Below, piece after piece: positions 9,132 to 19,014 of a stretch of DNA of 48,675 bases (positions are counted from its first letter, which is position 1; each line of letters begins with the position of its first letter). Position numbers and translations under genes: made by a program. The notes below the pieces were generated by a model. That model saw only the letters and a list, made by a program, of their open reading frames with translations, was not told where the DNA came from and made no database searches. This stretch comes from a virus (lineage: Duplodnaviria > Caudoviricetes), in the IMG/VR virus record IMGVR_UViG_3300044728_000115, positions 1-48,675 of that record. The stretch is one strand, 5' to 3'.

Positions 9132-10682
9132 TCAGGTGGCCATAGCCAAATCGACCCCGCGATTGTACTGCAGCCTGAACTGCGCCAGCACCGCGAAGAT
9201 GCGAAGCTGATTGATCAGGTCCGGTGGGTAGAGCACGTTGACCCTGTTCGGGTCGTTGGGATCGCGCTCCACGATCAGGTTGCGCTTGAACTCCACAGCG
9301 TTCTCGACGCGCCCCAAGAACTCGTCCTGCCTGTACTGGGCAATGAGTTCCGCCTTGATGATCTTGGGCGTGACGATGGCCTGACCGGCACCGAACCGCG
9401 TCCCGTCATCCGCCAGCTTATGCCTCGGGTACTTGCTGGTGATGGCGTGGCGCTGCGAGCGGAACAGGGCTGCGAGCGTGGCGAGCGTGGGGACCAGCTC
9501 GTATGCGTCGTCGCCCTGACCGTAGAGGTTCTTCTGGTAGGTGGTGCTTTCACGAAGGATCGCCGGGATGTTGTCGTCGTTGACGCCCTGCGTTGCAATG
9601 CCGACACCGGAGAAGTTGTTGCATTGCGTCTTGGTGAAGCGCTGGTGCTTGGGAGCCGGGAGACAACCCTCCAGCGCCAGCGTCTGCAGTGGCCGCGCCG
9701 GATCGTTCAGCAGTGCGCGCGCGGACTTGGCCGCATACGCCGCCGCCCAGACCCACGTGGGAGAGGGTGAGTTGGCTTCGATGCCCATGATCGACAGCAC
9801 ACCGCTGTTGTTCTCGGGACCGTACTCCACGATTGCCGCGTAGCCCTTGTCCTCGCCAACCTCGACGCCCTTGTAGGCTCCGAAGATGTGGCCGTAGAGC
9901 TGCCTGAGCCAGCCCCAGCGCCCCTGATCACCGAAGCCGTACTCGGTTTCCAGCAGCGCGAGTGAGGTGCTGTCGGTGAAGCCTGTCGCGACGTACTCGT
10001 AGATTTCGTCGCCAAGGTTGGTGATGGCGGTTGAGATGTCCACCGTGCCCGTGCCGCCCGTGAGCTTGTGGCCGGGTGGCACGTTCACCACCAGACCGAC
10101 AGGGATGCGCTCCGCTGCGAGTGCGCCACCGTAGGCGAGGCGGACGTCGATCTCGTTGGCCTCGACGCCCTTGAACTTGCTGGTCAGCGTCACGACGCCC
10201 AGCGCCGCCACGGCTGTCACCGGCATTGAAAGGTCAGCGTTGATGGCTTCCTCGATCTTGGTGGCGATGTCTTCAATCGGCTCGCCTGCAGCAACAAACA
10301 CCTGCACGCGACGCCCTGCGATGTAGATCGGCAGCGTGCCTGCTGAGATGGCGGGCTGGACCACGGTCAGCGGACCGGTTGCCGCCACACCTGCTGCTGC
10401 TTCATCAATCGGAACGACCCACAGCTCCTGTGCGAAGTTGTTCTTGGTGAAGCTCTCGACCATCATGTCGAGCATCGAGCCGTAGCCGAACAGCTGCCGT
10501 GCATCTGCCTGAGAAGGCACCGGGATCGGCACGTTGGCTACTGCACTGCCATCCGCGCCCTTGAGGCCGATGATCAGCGACGTCAGCCGTGAACGTGGGT
10601 AGCCTGCCATGCTCGGGTCTACTTCCACCCAGTATAGAGGCATTTTCCAGTTGGCTGGAATGGAGTTGAATGAAACGGGCAT
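9132..10682 (-). CDS. Contractile tail sheath protein (Mu gpL-like)
   Basis: MPVSFNSIPANWKMPLYWVEVD, FGYGSML, DPARPLQTL, KLADDGTRFGAGQAIVTPKIIKAELIA, DPNRVNVLYPPDLINQLRIFA. Confidence 0.95.
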   Translation of the reverse strand: MPVSFNSIPANWKMPLYWVEVDPSMAGYPRSRLTSLIIGLKGADGSAVANVPIPVPSQADARQLFGYGSMLDMMVESFTKNNFAQELWVVPIDEAAAGVAATGPLTVVQPAISAGTLPIYIAGRRVQVFVAAGEPIEDIATKIEEAINADLSMPVTAVAALGVVTLTSKFKGVEANEIDVRLAYGGALAAERIPVGLVVNVPPGHKLTGGTGTVDISTAITNLGDEIYEYVATGFTDSTSLALLETEYGFGDQGRWGWLRQLYGHIFGAYKGVEVGEDKGYAAIVEYGPENNSGVLSIMGIEANSPSPTWVWAAAYAAKSARALLNDPARPLQTLALEGCLPAPKHQRFTKTQCNNFSGVGIATQGVNDDNIPAILRESTTYQKNLYGQGDDAYELVPTLATLAALFRSQRHAITSKYPRHKLADDGTRFGAGQAIVTPKIIKAELIAQYRQDEFLGRVENAVEFKRNLIVERDPNDPNRVNVLYPPDLINQLRIFAVLAQFRLQYNRGVDLAMAT

Positions 10683-10698
10683 ATGCGCGGTCTCCTTC

Positions 10699-11337
10699 TC
10701 AGGTCAGGGGTGATCGTGGACGGTGTCCACCGTTAAGTCCCGCCTTCGTCCTTGCAGCATTGCTCAACGCCGCCTTGAGTTCGTTCTGCGTCAGGTCGTA
10801 CTGGCGGATGATCTGCAGGACCTCGTCTGGGTCCGCGTCAATGGATGGGTAGCGGCTTTCGATGTGGAGTGTATTGAAGTCGTCCTCCACCTTTGGATCG
10901 AACCAGCCTGAGAACTCCATCTGCATTTCAACTCTGATTTCAAATAGCGTGGTCTCGCCCACCTTGGCGTACTGGCTCTGCCTGTCCATGGCAGTGAAGC
11001 CCTCGACCAGCGTCACGAATTTCGGGTCTGTCAGCAGGATGTCGTCCAGCTCGGACATCCATTCCTCCAGCGCGTAGAGCTTGTTCTGATCGTCGGTGTC
11101 CGCGTGGATCGCGCCTGAGAAGCCCAACGTCAGATCGTGCTTGAATTTCGGCTCTGCGTGGTTGGCGTTGCCCATTGGCGTTCGCCGTTCGCGCAGGATG
11201 TAGACGCCCAGCAGTGGCAGATCGGTCGGCTGCACCTGCAGCATCGGTGTCTTGCGATAGGTCTTGAAGCGCGCGCCGAACCCAGCCTTCAGCTTGTCGT
11301 GCGCCTGCGTCGCGATCATGCTTGCGTAGTGGCTCAT
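10699..11337 (-). CDS. Putative tail completion/terminator protein
   Basis: Position between head-tail joining gene and sheath; ATGA coupling; phage-like codon pattern. Confidence 0.55.
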   Translation of the reverse strand: MSHYASMIATQAHDKLKAGFGARFKTYRKTPMLQVQPTDLPLLGVYILRERRTPMGNANHAEPKFKHDLTLGFSGAIHADTDDQNKLYALEEWMSELDDILLTDPKFVTLVEGFTAMDRQSQYAKVGETTLFEIRVEMQMEFSGWFDPKVEDDFNTLHIESRYPSIDADPDEVLQIIRQYDLTQNELKAALSNAARTKAGLNGGHRPRSPLT

Positions 11338-11702
11338 GACCCGTCCACCGGAGCTGGATTGTGCGTGCGCAGCATCAGCATCGAGCCGCCCTGTCCATCG
11401 TCGTCGCTGTCTCCCACCCAGAACCGCTTGCCGAAGTCGATGTGCGTCGTGTCCGTGATTTCGACCAGATCGCCCCTGTCCGGTCGCGCGCCAAGGAAGT
11501 CTCGCTTGCGAATGCCCAGTGAGGTCTGCTGGTCGCTGAAGATGGTCTCGTCCTGCATCTGGACGTCAACGGGTGACGATGAGTAGACGCCCCAGAGGTC
11601 GAACGCAGGTGCGCCGGGATCACTGACCAGCGGCGTGAACCTGACTTTGATCTGGAATATCTTTGACGCCGGTCCAAGGACCAGCTTGTCGAAGTCAACC
11701 AT
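11334..11702 (-). CDS. Head-tail joining protein (gpFII-like)
   Basis: MVDFDKLVLGP...F...VRFTP...LGIRKRDF...P.RGD.V...V.D..DDGQGG..L.L pattern; follows capsid gene. Confidence 0.7.
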   Translation of the reverse strand: MVDFDKLVLGPASKIFQIKVRFTPLVSDPGAPAFDLWGVYSSSPVDVQMQDETIFSDQQTSLGIRKRDFLGARPDRGDLVEITDTTHIDFGKRFWVGDSDDDGQGGSMLMLRTHNPAPVDGS

Positions 11703-11713
11703 TGCCCACCTCG

Positions 11714-11746
11714 AAAAACCCCCAGCGCAACGGTTGCGCCGGGGTT
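11714..11746 (-). terminator. Rho-independent terminator after the major capsid gene
   Basis: Minus strand AACCCCGGCGCAAC-C-GTTGCGCTGGGGG then TTTTT. Confidence 0.8.
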
Positions 11747-11755
11747 AGCACTTCA

Positions 11756-12769
11756 TCAGGTGAACACGCCATTCAGCAGCGCGAGCGGGCGCGTGCAGAA
11801 GTTGAGCGCGTTCATCTGGGTGTCCATGTGGACGCCCTTGTCGTTCGGCATCTGGTACTGCTTGACGTAGCGCGGCAGTCCCATGGTGTTCACGGTCTCG
11901 ACGTAGTCGGCTGGCGCGTAGACCGTTGAGAACAGGTTCGGCACACCGGTCGGATAGAAGTATGCCTTGTTGGTCTCGATCATCGGCTGACCTGCCGCGT
12001 AGCCGCGATAGTTCGTCCACAGGATGCCGCCGAACTCGAATGACCCCCACGTCTGGCCTGCAGAGATGTAGCTGGTGCGAAGCTCAGCTGCTGCCGTCCA
12101 GTTGAGGTAGGTCTGCCGCACCTCGGGTGACATGATCAGTGCATCGAAGAATGCGTCACCGCAAATTGCCTCGACGCCAGAGAACATCAGGCCGTCGAGG
12201 TTGGCACCCATCGTGCGGATGACCTCTTGGCACTTCTGCCTGACAGCACCGGTCGGCGGGTTTGCGCTGAACGGGAAGCTGATCGCTGCAGGCGGTGCGA
12301 TGCCGTACTCGATGAAGAGGTTCAGCACCGTGCCGTCAGCATAGGTGATGATGCCCTTGATCGCGCCGACGCGCGCATGCTCCTGCGTGTACTCCAGCGA
12401 CTGACCAGCGGTCTGCAGGCGTTCTGCAACCTTGGTCATCACGCTCTCGGTGCCGCTCTCCTCACCGAACGGTCGGACACCTTGAACCTCCTCGGCCATG
12501 ATGGCGTCGTTGATTTCAAAGTGCGGGACGCCCAGCATCCGCATGCTGCGGCGCGGCTTGGGCATGGTATGGCCCGGTCCACCACGCGGCGTCGGGGCGA
12601 TCAGCATCAGGATGCTGTTCTTCTCCTCGATGGCCACGGTGGTCTGGGCAATCGAGCTTGTCGTGAACAGTCCCTTTGAGCTGATGAAGCCGGGGACGAA
12701 CTTCAAGTTGTTGATGGCCATAGAGAGCGGCACCACTCCGAAAGCATCGCCGCGAAAAATGTCGAGCAT
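11756..12769 (-). CDS. Major capsid protein (lambda gpE family)
   Basis: LDIFRGDAFGVVPLS.AIN..KFVPG, PTPRGGPG, HF...DAIMAEEVQGVRPFG, FEFGGI.W.NYRG, APADYVETVNTMGLPRY.KQ, TQMNAL..CTRP. Confidence 0.95.
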   Translation of the reverse strand: MLDIFRGDAFGVVPLSMAINNLKFVPGFISSKGLFTTSSIAQTTVAIEEKNSILMLIAPTPRGGPGHTMPKPRRSMRMLGVPHFEINDAIMAEEVQGVRPFGEESGTESVMTKVAERLQTAGQSLEYTQEHARVGAIKGIITYADGTVLNLFIEYGIAPPAAISFPFSANPPTGAVRQKCQEVIRTMGANLDGLMFSGVEAICGDAFFDALIMSPEVRQTYLNWTAAAELRTSYISAGQTWGSFEFGGILWTNYRGYAAGQPMIETNKAYFYPTGVPNLFSTVYAPADYVETVNTMGLPRYVKQYQMPNDKGVHMDTQMNALNFCTRPLALLNGVFT

Positions 12770-12825
12770 GTCCTTGTCCTTTACGTCTTGCTGCCTGTGC
12801 GGCGAGCTGTTGAAGCCGGTCCGCG

Positions 12826-13509
12826 TCAGACGCGAACGATGATGCCGTTGGCGGCGAGCGTGGCGAGACCGATTGCCTGTTCAGGCACGGTGATGGCACC
12901 CCAGCTGAGGACGTTGCCGTTGACCTCTGCATCGCGGACGATGGCAGAGATGCGGAGACCTTCACCGGGGATGGTGCCGCCCGCGTAGAGCGCCAGTGCG
13001 TGGCAGTCCGCGCCCACCGTTGCGACCACGTAGGTCGCGGGCTGGGTTGCCGTTGCCTCAGCGGTCTTCTTCAGCAGCGTGCCGACATAGATGGTTGCCG
13101 GGTCTGCGATGTAGCAGTTGCCGCGTGAGCGCTGGCCGTTGGCCTCGGACAGGACGAACTCCGCAGCGTGATGCGGCTCGGCCAATGTCGTGAAGTGCGG
13201 GACGGTGGCGGCGAACGGGCTGATTTCAGCAGCGCGCTCCTCAGGGGAGAGCTTGGCGATGCGGTCGGCTTCCTTTGCCTTCTCCTCACGCGCCTCGCGC
13301 TCGGCCTTGATGACCGCTTCCTCCTGCTCAAACTTGTCGGCTGCGGCCTTGACCTCGCGCTCGTGCATGGTGACGCGAGCCTCATCGAGCTTCTTCTGCT
13401 CGGCCTCCTGCCGCTTCTTCTCCTCGGCTTCCTGCTTCTTGCTGTCAGCCAGAACCTGCTTGGTGTTGTCCGGTGCCTTGCGGACCTCGTCGTCCTTGTG
13501 GTCAGCCAT
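12826..13509 (-). CDS. Head decoration protein (gpD-like) with a long charged N-terminal extension
   Basis: LAEPHHAAEFVLSEANGQRSR...IVRDAEVNG..L.W...LAANGIIVR; first ~95 aa are E/K/A-rich coiled coil. Confidence 0.8.
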   Translation of the reverse strand: MADHKDDEVRKAPDNTKQVLADSKKQEAEEKKRQEAEQKKLDEARVTMHEREVKAAADKFEQEEAVIKAEREAREEKAKEADRIAKLSPEERAAEISPFAATVPHFTTLAEPHHAAEFVLSEANGQRSRGNCYIADPATIYVGTLLKKTAEATATQPATYVVATVGADCHALALYAGGTIPGEGLRISAIVRDAEVNGNVLSWGAITVPEQAIGLATLAANGIIVRV

Positions 13510-13538
13510 CTCGAATACTCCTTCTGAGTTTGCGTGGT

Positions 13539-14657
13539 TTACTTGTTCAGCCGCGCGTTGATCTTGTCGGTGATCTTACCCCAAGACGTCTTCGCGTCCG
13601 CCGCTCGCGAGGTGGTCCCCAAGGGGTGCTGGGACATCAGCGCAGGCTCATTCGCCTGCAGTGCCAGCAGCTCCTTGCGGACCTGTTCCACAGAGGTGTT
13701 GGCACGCACGTAGGCTCCAACGCGATCCGGTGCGCGCGCGAGCGTGCAAAGATCGGTGATGGAGGCGACATACGCCTGATGCTCTGCGATGCCCTGCGCC
13801 TTGGCCTGCTTGAGGTCCACCACCTCTGCCGTGGTCGGCGCATTGGCCGGGTCCTTCGCTGGCTTCGGGTTGGGTGTCCCCGGTGTCGGTGCAGGATCAG
13901 GCTCGCCGGGACGGGTCTCGGGTGAAGGGGTCGGAGCCGGGTCAACAACCGGTTGCTTCCCCGGCTCCTCAGGTTCCGGTGCAGAAGGAGGCGGGTCGCC
14001 CTGCTCGGTCCCTGTTGCTGCGCGCAGGCGATCCGCCGCTGCCTTTGGAAGGAGCTGCATTGAAAACCGCGCGGCCATCTTGACGGGTGCGGTGACCTCG
14101 TCGGTGAAGCCAAGCTCCTTGGCTTCTGTCGCGTCCATCAGCCGGTCCTCCTTCATGAGGGAGGCGACCTTGGACTTGGTCTGGCCTGAACGCGCGGAGT
14201 AGGTCGCGGTCATGCTCTTGTCGATGCGCTGCAGGTCGGCTGCAATCGCCATCATGTCCTCGGCGTTCCCCATGGAGAAGCCGGATGCGTTGTGGACCAG
14301 CATGAAGGCGTTCGACGGCATCACGATCTTGTCCGCCGCCATTGCGATGAGCGAAGCCGCCGACGCTGCAATCCCGTCCACGTGAGCTGTCACGCGCGCC
14401 TTGTGGTTCTTGATCGCGTTGTAGATGGCCACGCCATCGAACACGTCACCACCGGGGCTGTTGATGCGCAGCTTGATTTCACCCACCTCGCCCAGATCGG
14501 CCAGCGCGCTGATGAATGACGCCGCTGAGACTGCGTTGTCGTCCCACATCGACTTGCCGATGGCGTCGTAGATCATGATTTCCGCGAATGGGTTCTTCTT
14601 CTTGTCGTCTTCTTCTTCGTCGTCCTCGACCACTTTCATGGTGAACCAATTACGCAT
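13539..14657 (-). CDS. ClpP-like head maturation protease / scaffold
   Basis: LRINSPGGDVFDGVAIYNAIK, VDGIAASAASLIAMA, MVHNA, EAKELGFTDE; Pro-rich linker and scaffold-like C-terminus. Confidence 0.92.
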   Translation of the reverse strand: MRNWFTMKVVEDDEEEDDKKKNPFAEIMIYDAIGKSMWDDNAVSAASFISALADLGEVGEIKLRINSPGGDVFDGVAIYNAIKNHKARVTAHVDGIAASAASLIAMAADKIVMPSNAFMLVHNASGFSMGNAEDMMAIAADLQRIDKSMTATYSARSGQTKSKVASLMKEDRLMDATEAKELGFTDEVTAPVKMAARFSMQLLPKAAADRLRAATGTEQGDPPPSAPEPEEPGKQPVVDPAPTPSPETRPGEPDPAPTPGTPNPKPAKDPANAPTTAEVVDLKQAKAQGIAEHQAYVASITDLCTLARAPDRVGAYVRANTSVEQVRKELLALQANEPALMSQHPLGTTSRAADAKTSWGKITDKINARLNK

Positions 14658-14669
14658 TGTTCCGCTCCT

Positions 14670-16472
14670 TTAAGCTGCCTTCTCGTCGTCCGCCTTCTCG
14701 GCGTCCTCGGCGTCTTCTGCGTCCTGAAGTTCTTGCTCGATGTCCTCAGGATCACGCTTCTCGTCTGACTTGCCGAACCCGCCGCCGCCGAACGGCGATG
14801 CTGGCTTGGCGCTGAAGTCCAGCCCCAGCCGCTTCTCGCGCTCCTTGTCCGCAGCAATCCGCATGTCGTTGGCCTCGGGGTCCATGCCCTCGGCTTCGAT
14901 GACGTCGCTGCGTGACTTGAAGCCGCTTTCGACTGCCAGCTTTTCGGCCTGACGATCCTTGAGTGGATCGACCCAGTCGTTGCGCTGCGGTATCCACTTG
15001 GCGCGCTGGTAGTCCACCTTGCGCTCCAGATACTCGCTCTCGCTGATCGGCAGTGCCTCTGCCAGAACAGCCGCGTCGAGCCAGCGCTTCCAGATTGGCA
15101 TGCACATCTGAAACACGAAGATGTTGTGCTGCATCTGCTCCAGCTTGCGCCTGTACTCCACGATGGAGCCGCGCAGCGATGAGTAGTTCGCGCGCCGCAA
15201 GTCTGAGGTTGCGAGCGAATACGGGATGCCAAGCGCAGCGAAGAGGGCAAGTTGCTGCCTGTACTGGTATGCCTCGTATGAGCCGCCGACATCAGCTGGC
15301 TCCGCGAACTTGATGTCCTCGCCGGGGAGCAGTGTCTGCATCGTGCCGGGTTCAAGACCGGACAGGCCGATGTTTTCCTGCGGTGCGCTGCCGTCGATGC
15401 CGTCAATCGGGATGACGTCCTCTGGCGTTGCCGTGGTGATGAAGCCCGCGAACATCGCTGCGATGCGTTTGCGCTCCAGCTCGGCATCGTCGTACTGGTC
15501 GAGAAAGAACATGCGCGTGAGCGCGGGCGTGATGAGCGGGACGCCGCGCATCTGGCCGGGACGGGTGCATTTGAAGACGTGCAGCACCTCCTCAGCGGGG
15601 ACGCGGACCGTGTCCATGCCCATTGGCACCGTCTCGACTGCCGCGTCGCCGGGATGCACTGGATAGAAATAGTAGGCGGTGCGCTTGCCAAGGTGGTCAA
15701 GCTCGATCCCGTTCATGATGTAGTTGCCGTTCTTGGCAAGCTCGTTCTTGCCATACGGGCACATGTCGCTCTCAAGCAACTGCAACTGCAGTGGCACCAG
15801 CAAGTCGTCCTCGACCTTGCGTGGCCTGAACCTGATGAAGCATTCCCCCGCCTCGAATAGAGCGCGGGCCACCACAGTCTGCATGCCGTAGAAGTCTGCG
15901 ATGCCGTCTGCGTCGCACTGGTCGGTCCAGTCCAGCCACAGCTGCATGATGACTTCGCGCAGCGCCGGATTGTTGATGTCCGGTGTCGGTGCGATGGGCG
16001 GGTCTTCAGGTGGGTTGTTGTGGCCGATCCCCGGCTCTGGTGCCTCGTCCTGCTCTGGGTCTGCCTTGGGGACCTTGGGCGGCGGAAACTTGCCCTTGGG
16101 CGGGAACGGCGGCTTGGCCTTCTTGGGCGGGAACGGTGGCTTGCCCTCGCCCTCTTCAGGCTTGGGCGCGAACGGGTTGTCGGCTTCCTCCTGCTCGACT
16201 GGCTGGATCGGCGCGTCCCGGTACATGGACGATGGCTTGATGCCGGTGCCGATGAGGTTGGCGACGAAGCTGTCGCACGCCGCCGTGGCGTGGGGGTTGT
16301 TGCGCAGCGCGTCGCGCGCGCGTGAGCGCAGCAGCTCGCCACTCGATGCGATGATAACGTTGACGGTGGCCTTGGTTGGTTGCCACGACTTGAGACGGCG
16401 GCGCTGCCTGCCCGCGTCGAACTCGGCTCGGATGTTCTTTGACCCGCCGAACAGCTTGCCGAAAATCCCCAT
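14670..16472 (-). CDS. Portal protein (lambda family) with a Pro/Lys-rich insertion
   Basis: LRSRARDALRNNP, IGTGIKP, PLQLQLLESD, RPGQMRGVP, NYSSLRG, WVDPLKD motifs. Confidence 0.95.
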   Translation of the reverse strand: MGIFGKLFGGSKNIRAEFDAGRQRRRLKSWQPTKATVNVIIASSGELLRSRARDALRNNPHATAACDSFVANLIGTGIKPSSMYRDAPIQPVEQEEADNPFAPKPEEGEGKPPFPPKKAKPPFPPKGKFPPPKVPKADPEQDEAPEPGIGHNNPPEDPPIAPTPDINNPALREVIMQLWLDWTDQCDADGIADFYGMQTVVARALFEAGECFIRFRPRKVEDDLLVPLQLQLLESDMCPYGKNELAKNGNYIMNGIELDHLGKRTAYYFYPVHPGDAAVETVPMGMDTVRVPAEEVLHVFKCTRPGQMRGVPLITPALTRMFFLDQYDDAELERKRIAAMFAGFITTATPEDVIPIDGIDGSAPQENIGLSGLEPGTMQTLLPGEDIKFAEPADVGGSYEAYQYRQQLALFAALGIPYSLATSDLRRANYSSLRGSIVEYRRKLEQMQHNIFVFQMCMPIWKRWLDAAVLAEALPISESEYLERKVDYQRAKWIPQRNDWVDPLKDRQAEKLAVESGFKSRSDVIEAEGMDPEANDMRIAADKEREKRLGLDFSAKPASPFGGGGFGKSDEKRDPEDIEQELQDAEDAEDAEKADDEKAA

Positions 16473-16473
16473 G

Positions 16474-16962
16474 CTAGAGACCCTTGTCCCACTGCGTGGT
16501 CATTCTGATCTGCCTGATCCGTCCGCCCGTGCCCAGCTCCTCCTCCAGCTCCTCTTCAAGGTCTGCGAGGATTTGGCGAAGCTCGGTGAGCGACCTGAAG
16601 TCGGTCCGCTTGTCGCCGTAGCCTGCCGCCTCGACACCTGAGGTGATGACGGTCTTGACGTTGGCGATGTCGCCCAGAATTTCCTCCGGCAAGCGCTTGC
16701 CCCTGCGCGGAGCCACGACCGCTGCCCTTGCCCTGACTTGCGCGACGGTCGGCGCGACGGCACCAGTCGGCTGGCCAAGCACCGTCTTGATTGTGGCCTG
16801 CTCGGGCGTCACGTGGACAGTGGTCTGGTCCGTGCTGGTGTGCGGAGATGGTGTCGGCGGCGCGTGCGGTGCTTGCGGTTCAAAGGCGAGCTTTTCCAGC
16901 TGCAGCCTCAGTCTCGCGTTCTCTGCCAGCAGTTCTGCGTGGGTCAGCTCGTCGGAAGCCAT
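16474..16962 (-). CDS. gpW-like head completion protein with an N-terminal extension
   Basis: C-terminal SGVEAAGYGDKRTDFRSLTELRQILADLE...RQIRMTT..KGL; sits between terminase and portal. Confidence 0.75.
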   Translation of the reverse strand: MASDELTHAELLAENARLRLQLEKLAFEPQAPHAPPTPSPHTSTDQTTVHVTPEQATIKTVLGQPTGAVAPTVAQVRARAAVVAPRRGKRLPEEILGDIANVKTVITSGVEAAGYGDKRTDFRSLTELRQILADLEEELEEELGTGGRIRQIRMTTQWDKGL

Positions 16963-16974
16963 GCTGGAGCCGAA

Positions 16975-19014
16975 TTATGCTCCAAGGTAATTGGACCTGA
17001 TGATGCGTCTCGTCTTCCTCGCGCGCATCACCAATGGTGGTGGTGCGGGCGGCGCGTCAGGGGGTGGGATTACCTCGGAAGGGGTTGGCGGCTTCCTGCC
17101 GACATCCTCTGTACCGCTGACTTTCGATTTTGACAAGGGAATGCGCTGCACATTCAAGAGGTAACCAGCCGCAGCTTGCATCGCCTCGCAGTCGAAGAAG
17201 TGGTTGTCGCGCGAGCGCTGGACCCACTCGACCTTGCCTGTCGGCTGCTTGAGCCGTGCCTCTGAGACCAGCTGATGGCAGTAGTCGTCGTCAACACCCT
17301 TGAACACGTGCCAGCCGCCGATCTGATCGTCTGGCCAGCGCAGCCGCTCATGAACCCAGCTTTTCCAGTGATCCGTGTCGAGCCGAACGAGGTCCAGTCC
17401 ATACTTTGCGGCCTTGCCGTCCTTGCGGCTGACTTCGATCTTGGAGAACACCAGCGGGGTCCGCATCGCGCTGGATGACCCCTTGGTCGGCCTGACCCTG
17501 CGCATGAAGCGGCGGCAGAACTCGTAGATGCGGTTGATCGGCAGCGTGTCTGTCTTGCCCGGTCGGAAGCCGCTGTCGATGAATGCGAGCTTGATGGGGA
17601 CGCCCTCGATGGGCTGGGATACCAGATCGCCCAGTGCGTGCCAGATTTCCTCCTCTGAGGTGTCGCCCCTGAGGTAGCCGTAGTTGACCAGCCACGATGA
17701 CGCGCGCGCGCCCCAGCCCCTGATGACCCATGGGATGGAGTGCCGCTGCACGTCGCATGCGAGCGTCAGATAGAGCACGTCCTCTGGCACCTCGCCCCTG
17801 CTGTAGGTTGCCTGCCGGGATTTCTCCTTGATTTCCATCCACTCGGGGACTTCGCCGCCGCCTTGGCTGTACAGCTCACCGAAGCCTGCGTTGACGGCCT
17901 GCTGCACCATGGCGTCGTCGCCAGACTGCTGCGCCTCGACCAGCACCGCGACCCGTTCACCAAATGTTACAAACGGCGATGCCAGCCCTGAGCACCAGAA
18001 TGACATTGATTTTGCTTCAGGAAATTCTCCGTGGAGCACGCCCTCCTTGTCGATGGTCTGCCCCGGCGCGACGTACCTGCCGCGCGCATTCATGTCTGCC
18101 TTGTGGCTGTCCACGATGACGCCGCCGCAGGATGGACACTCGATGAAGGTCTCTCGCGCCGCCTCCAGCGGGGATGCCTTCAGTGGGAACCGGAGCAGGT
18201 TGAACCGTGGCACGAAGTATTCGCTGCAGTGCGGGCACGGCCATGTCCAGTGGTGCCGCGTGCCTTGCTGCCACAGCTGCCAGATCGGACTTTCGATGTC
18301 CTCGGCCACTGCTGGCTCCCAAAAGAACAGCTTGCTCGCTGGGTCCTGAATTGCGCCGACCCTACCGCGCTTTGGCGTGCTCGTGACGACGCAGACGAAG
18401 TCCGCATAGGTGTCGCCGCGTCTTTCGACTAGACCAAGCGGTCCGCCCTGATTGTTCACGTTGTCCCGCATCTCGTCGTACTCATCGACCAGTGCGAGCA
18501 CTGCCGGGTCCGACTTGAGTGCGGTGGATGATCCTGAGTGCGCGAGACGGAACGGGACGCCTGCGACCACCTTGCGGGTCTTGGTCATGCGCTTGCCGCG
18601 CGCGACCTTGGCCATGAGGCTCGGTGCCTCGTCCAGCAGCGCCATCACGCGAGGTTCAAACTGCTCGGTGAGGAACTGCTTGTTGGGTCCAACGTACAGG
18701 ATCGGTCCCGGTCGCTGATCGAGCCGCTGACCTGCGACGTCGAGCATGAGTTCCGATTTGCCTGACTGCGCGCCGAACACCATGACGACGCGCTTGTACA
18801 GACCTGATGCGATGACGCGCTCTGGCTCGATGACGTATGGCGTCAGGAGAGGATCACGTGGTCCCGGCACCGCTGCCGTTGATGGGTATGTTCGGTTGGT
18901 CGCCGCCCAGATGTCTGGCTCCGTTGGCTCTGACGGCATCATCAGCGCCGCCATTCGTCTCCAGCCGTATGGCCTGTGCCATTGCGTGTTCTGCGATCCG
19001 CCTGAGCCTTGCAT
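16975..19014 (-). CDS. Terminase large subunit (lambda GpA family)
   Basis: Walker A GAQSGKSE, Walker B LALVDEYD, VTSTPK, CPHC/CPSC zinc knuckles, LTLACDVQ, FIDSG, RDNHFFDCE. Start uncertain; overlaps terS. Confidence 0.95.
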   Translation of the reverse strand: MQGSGGSQNTQWHRPYGWRRMAALMMPSEPTEPDIWAATNRTYPSTAAVPGPRDPLLTPYVIEPERVIASGLYKRVVMVFGAQSGKSELMLDVAGQRLDQRPGPILYVGPNKQFLTEQFEPRVMALLDEAPSLMAKVARGKRMTKTRKVVAGVPFRLAHSGSSTALKSDPAVLALVDEYDEMRDNVNNQGGPLGLVERRGDTYADFVCVVTSTPKRGRVGAIQDPASKLFFWEPAVAEDIESPIWQLWQQGTRHHWTWPCPHCSEYFVPRFNLLRFPLKASPLEAARETFIECPSCGGVIVDSHKADMNARGRYVAPGQTIDKEGVLHGEFPEAKSMSFWCSGLASPFVTFGERVAVLVEAQQSGDDAMVQQAVNAGFGELYSQGGGEVPEWMEIKEKSRQATYSRGEVPEDVLYLTLACDVQRHSIPWVIRGWGARASSWLVNYGYLRGDTSEEEIWHALGDLVSQPIEGVPIKLAFIDSGFRPGKTDTLPINRIYEFCRRFMRRVRPTKGSSSAMRTPLVFSKIEVSRKDGKAAKYGLDLVRLDTDHWKSWVHERLRWPDDQIGGWHVFKGVDDDYCHQLVSEARLKQPTGKVEWVQRSRDNHFFDCEAMQAAAGYLLNVQRIPLSKSKVSGTEDVGRKPPTPSEVIPPPDAPPAPPPLVMRARKTRRIIRSNYLGA

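Noticed and set aside
1-10682. Transposable Mu-like phage, GTA or tailocin
   Set aside because: The tail is Mu-like, but no transposase is seen, and a lambda-type head, terminase and replication genes are present.
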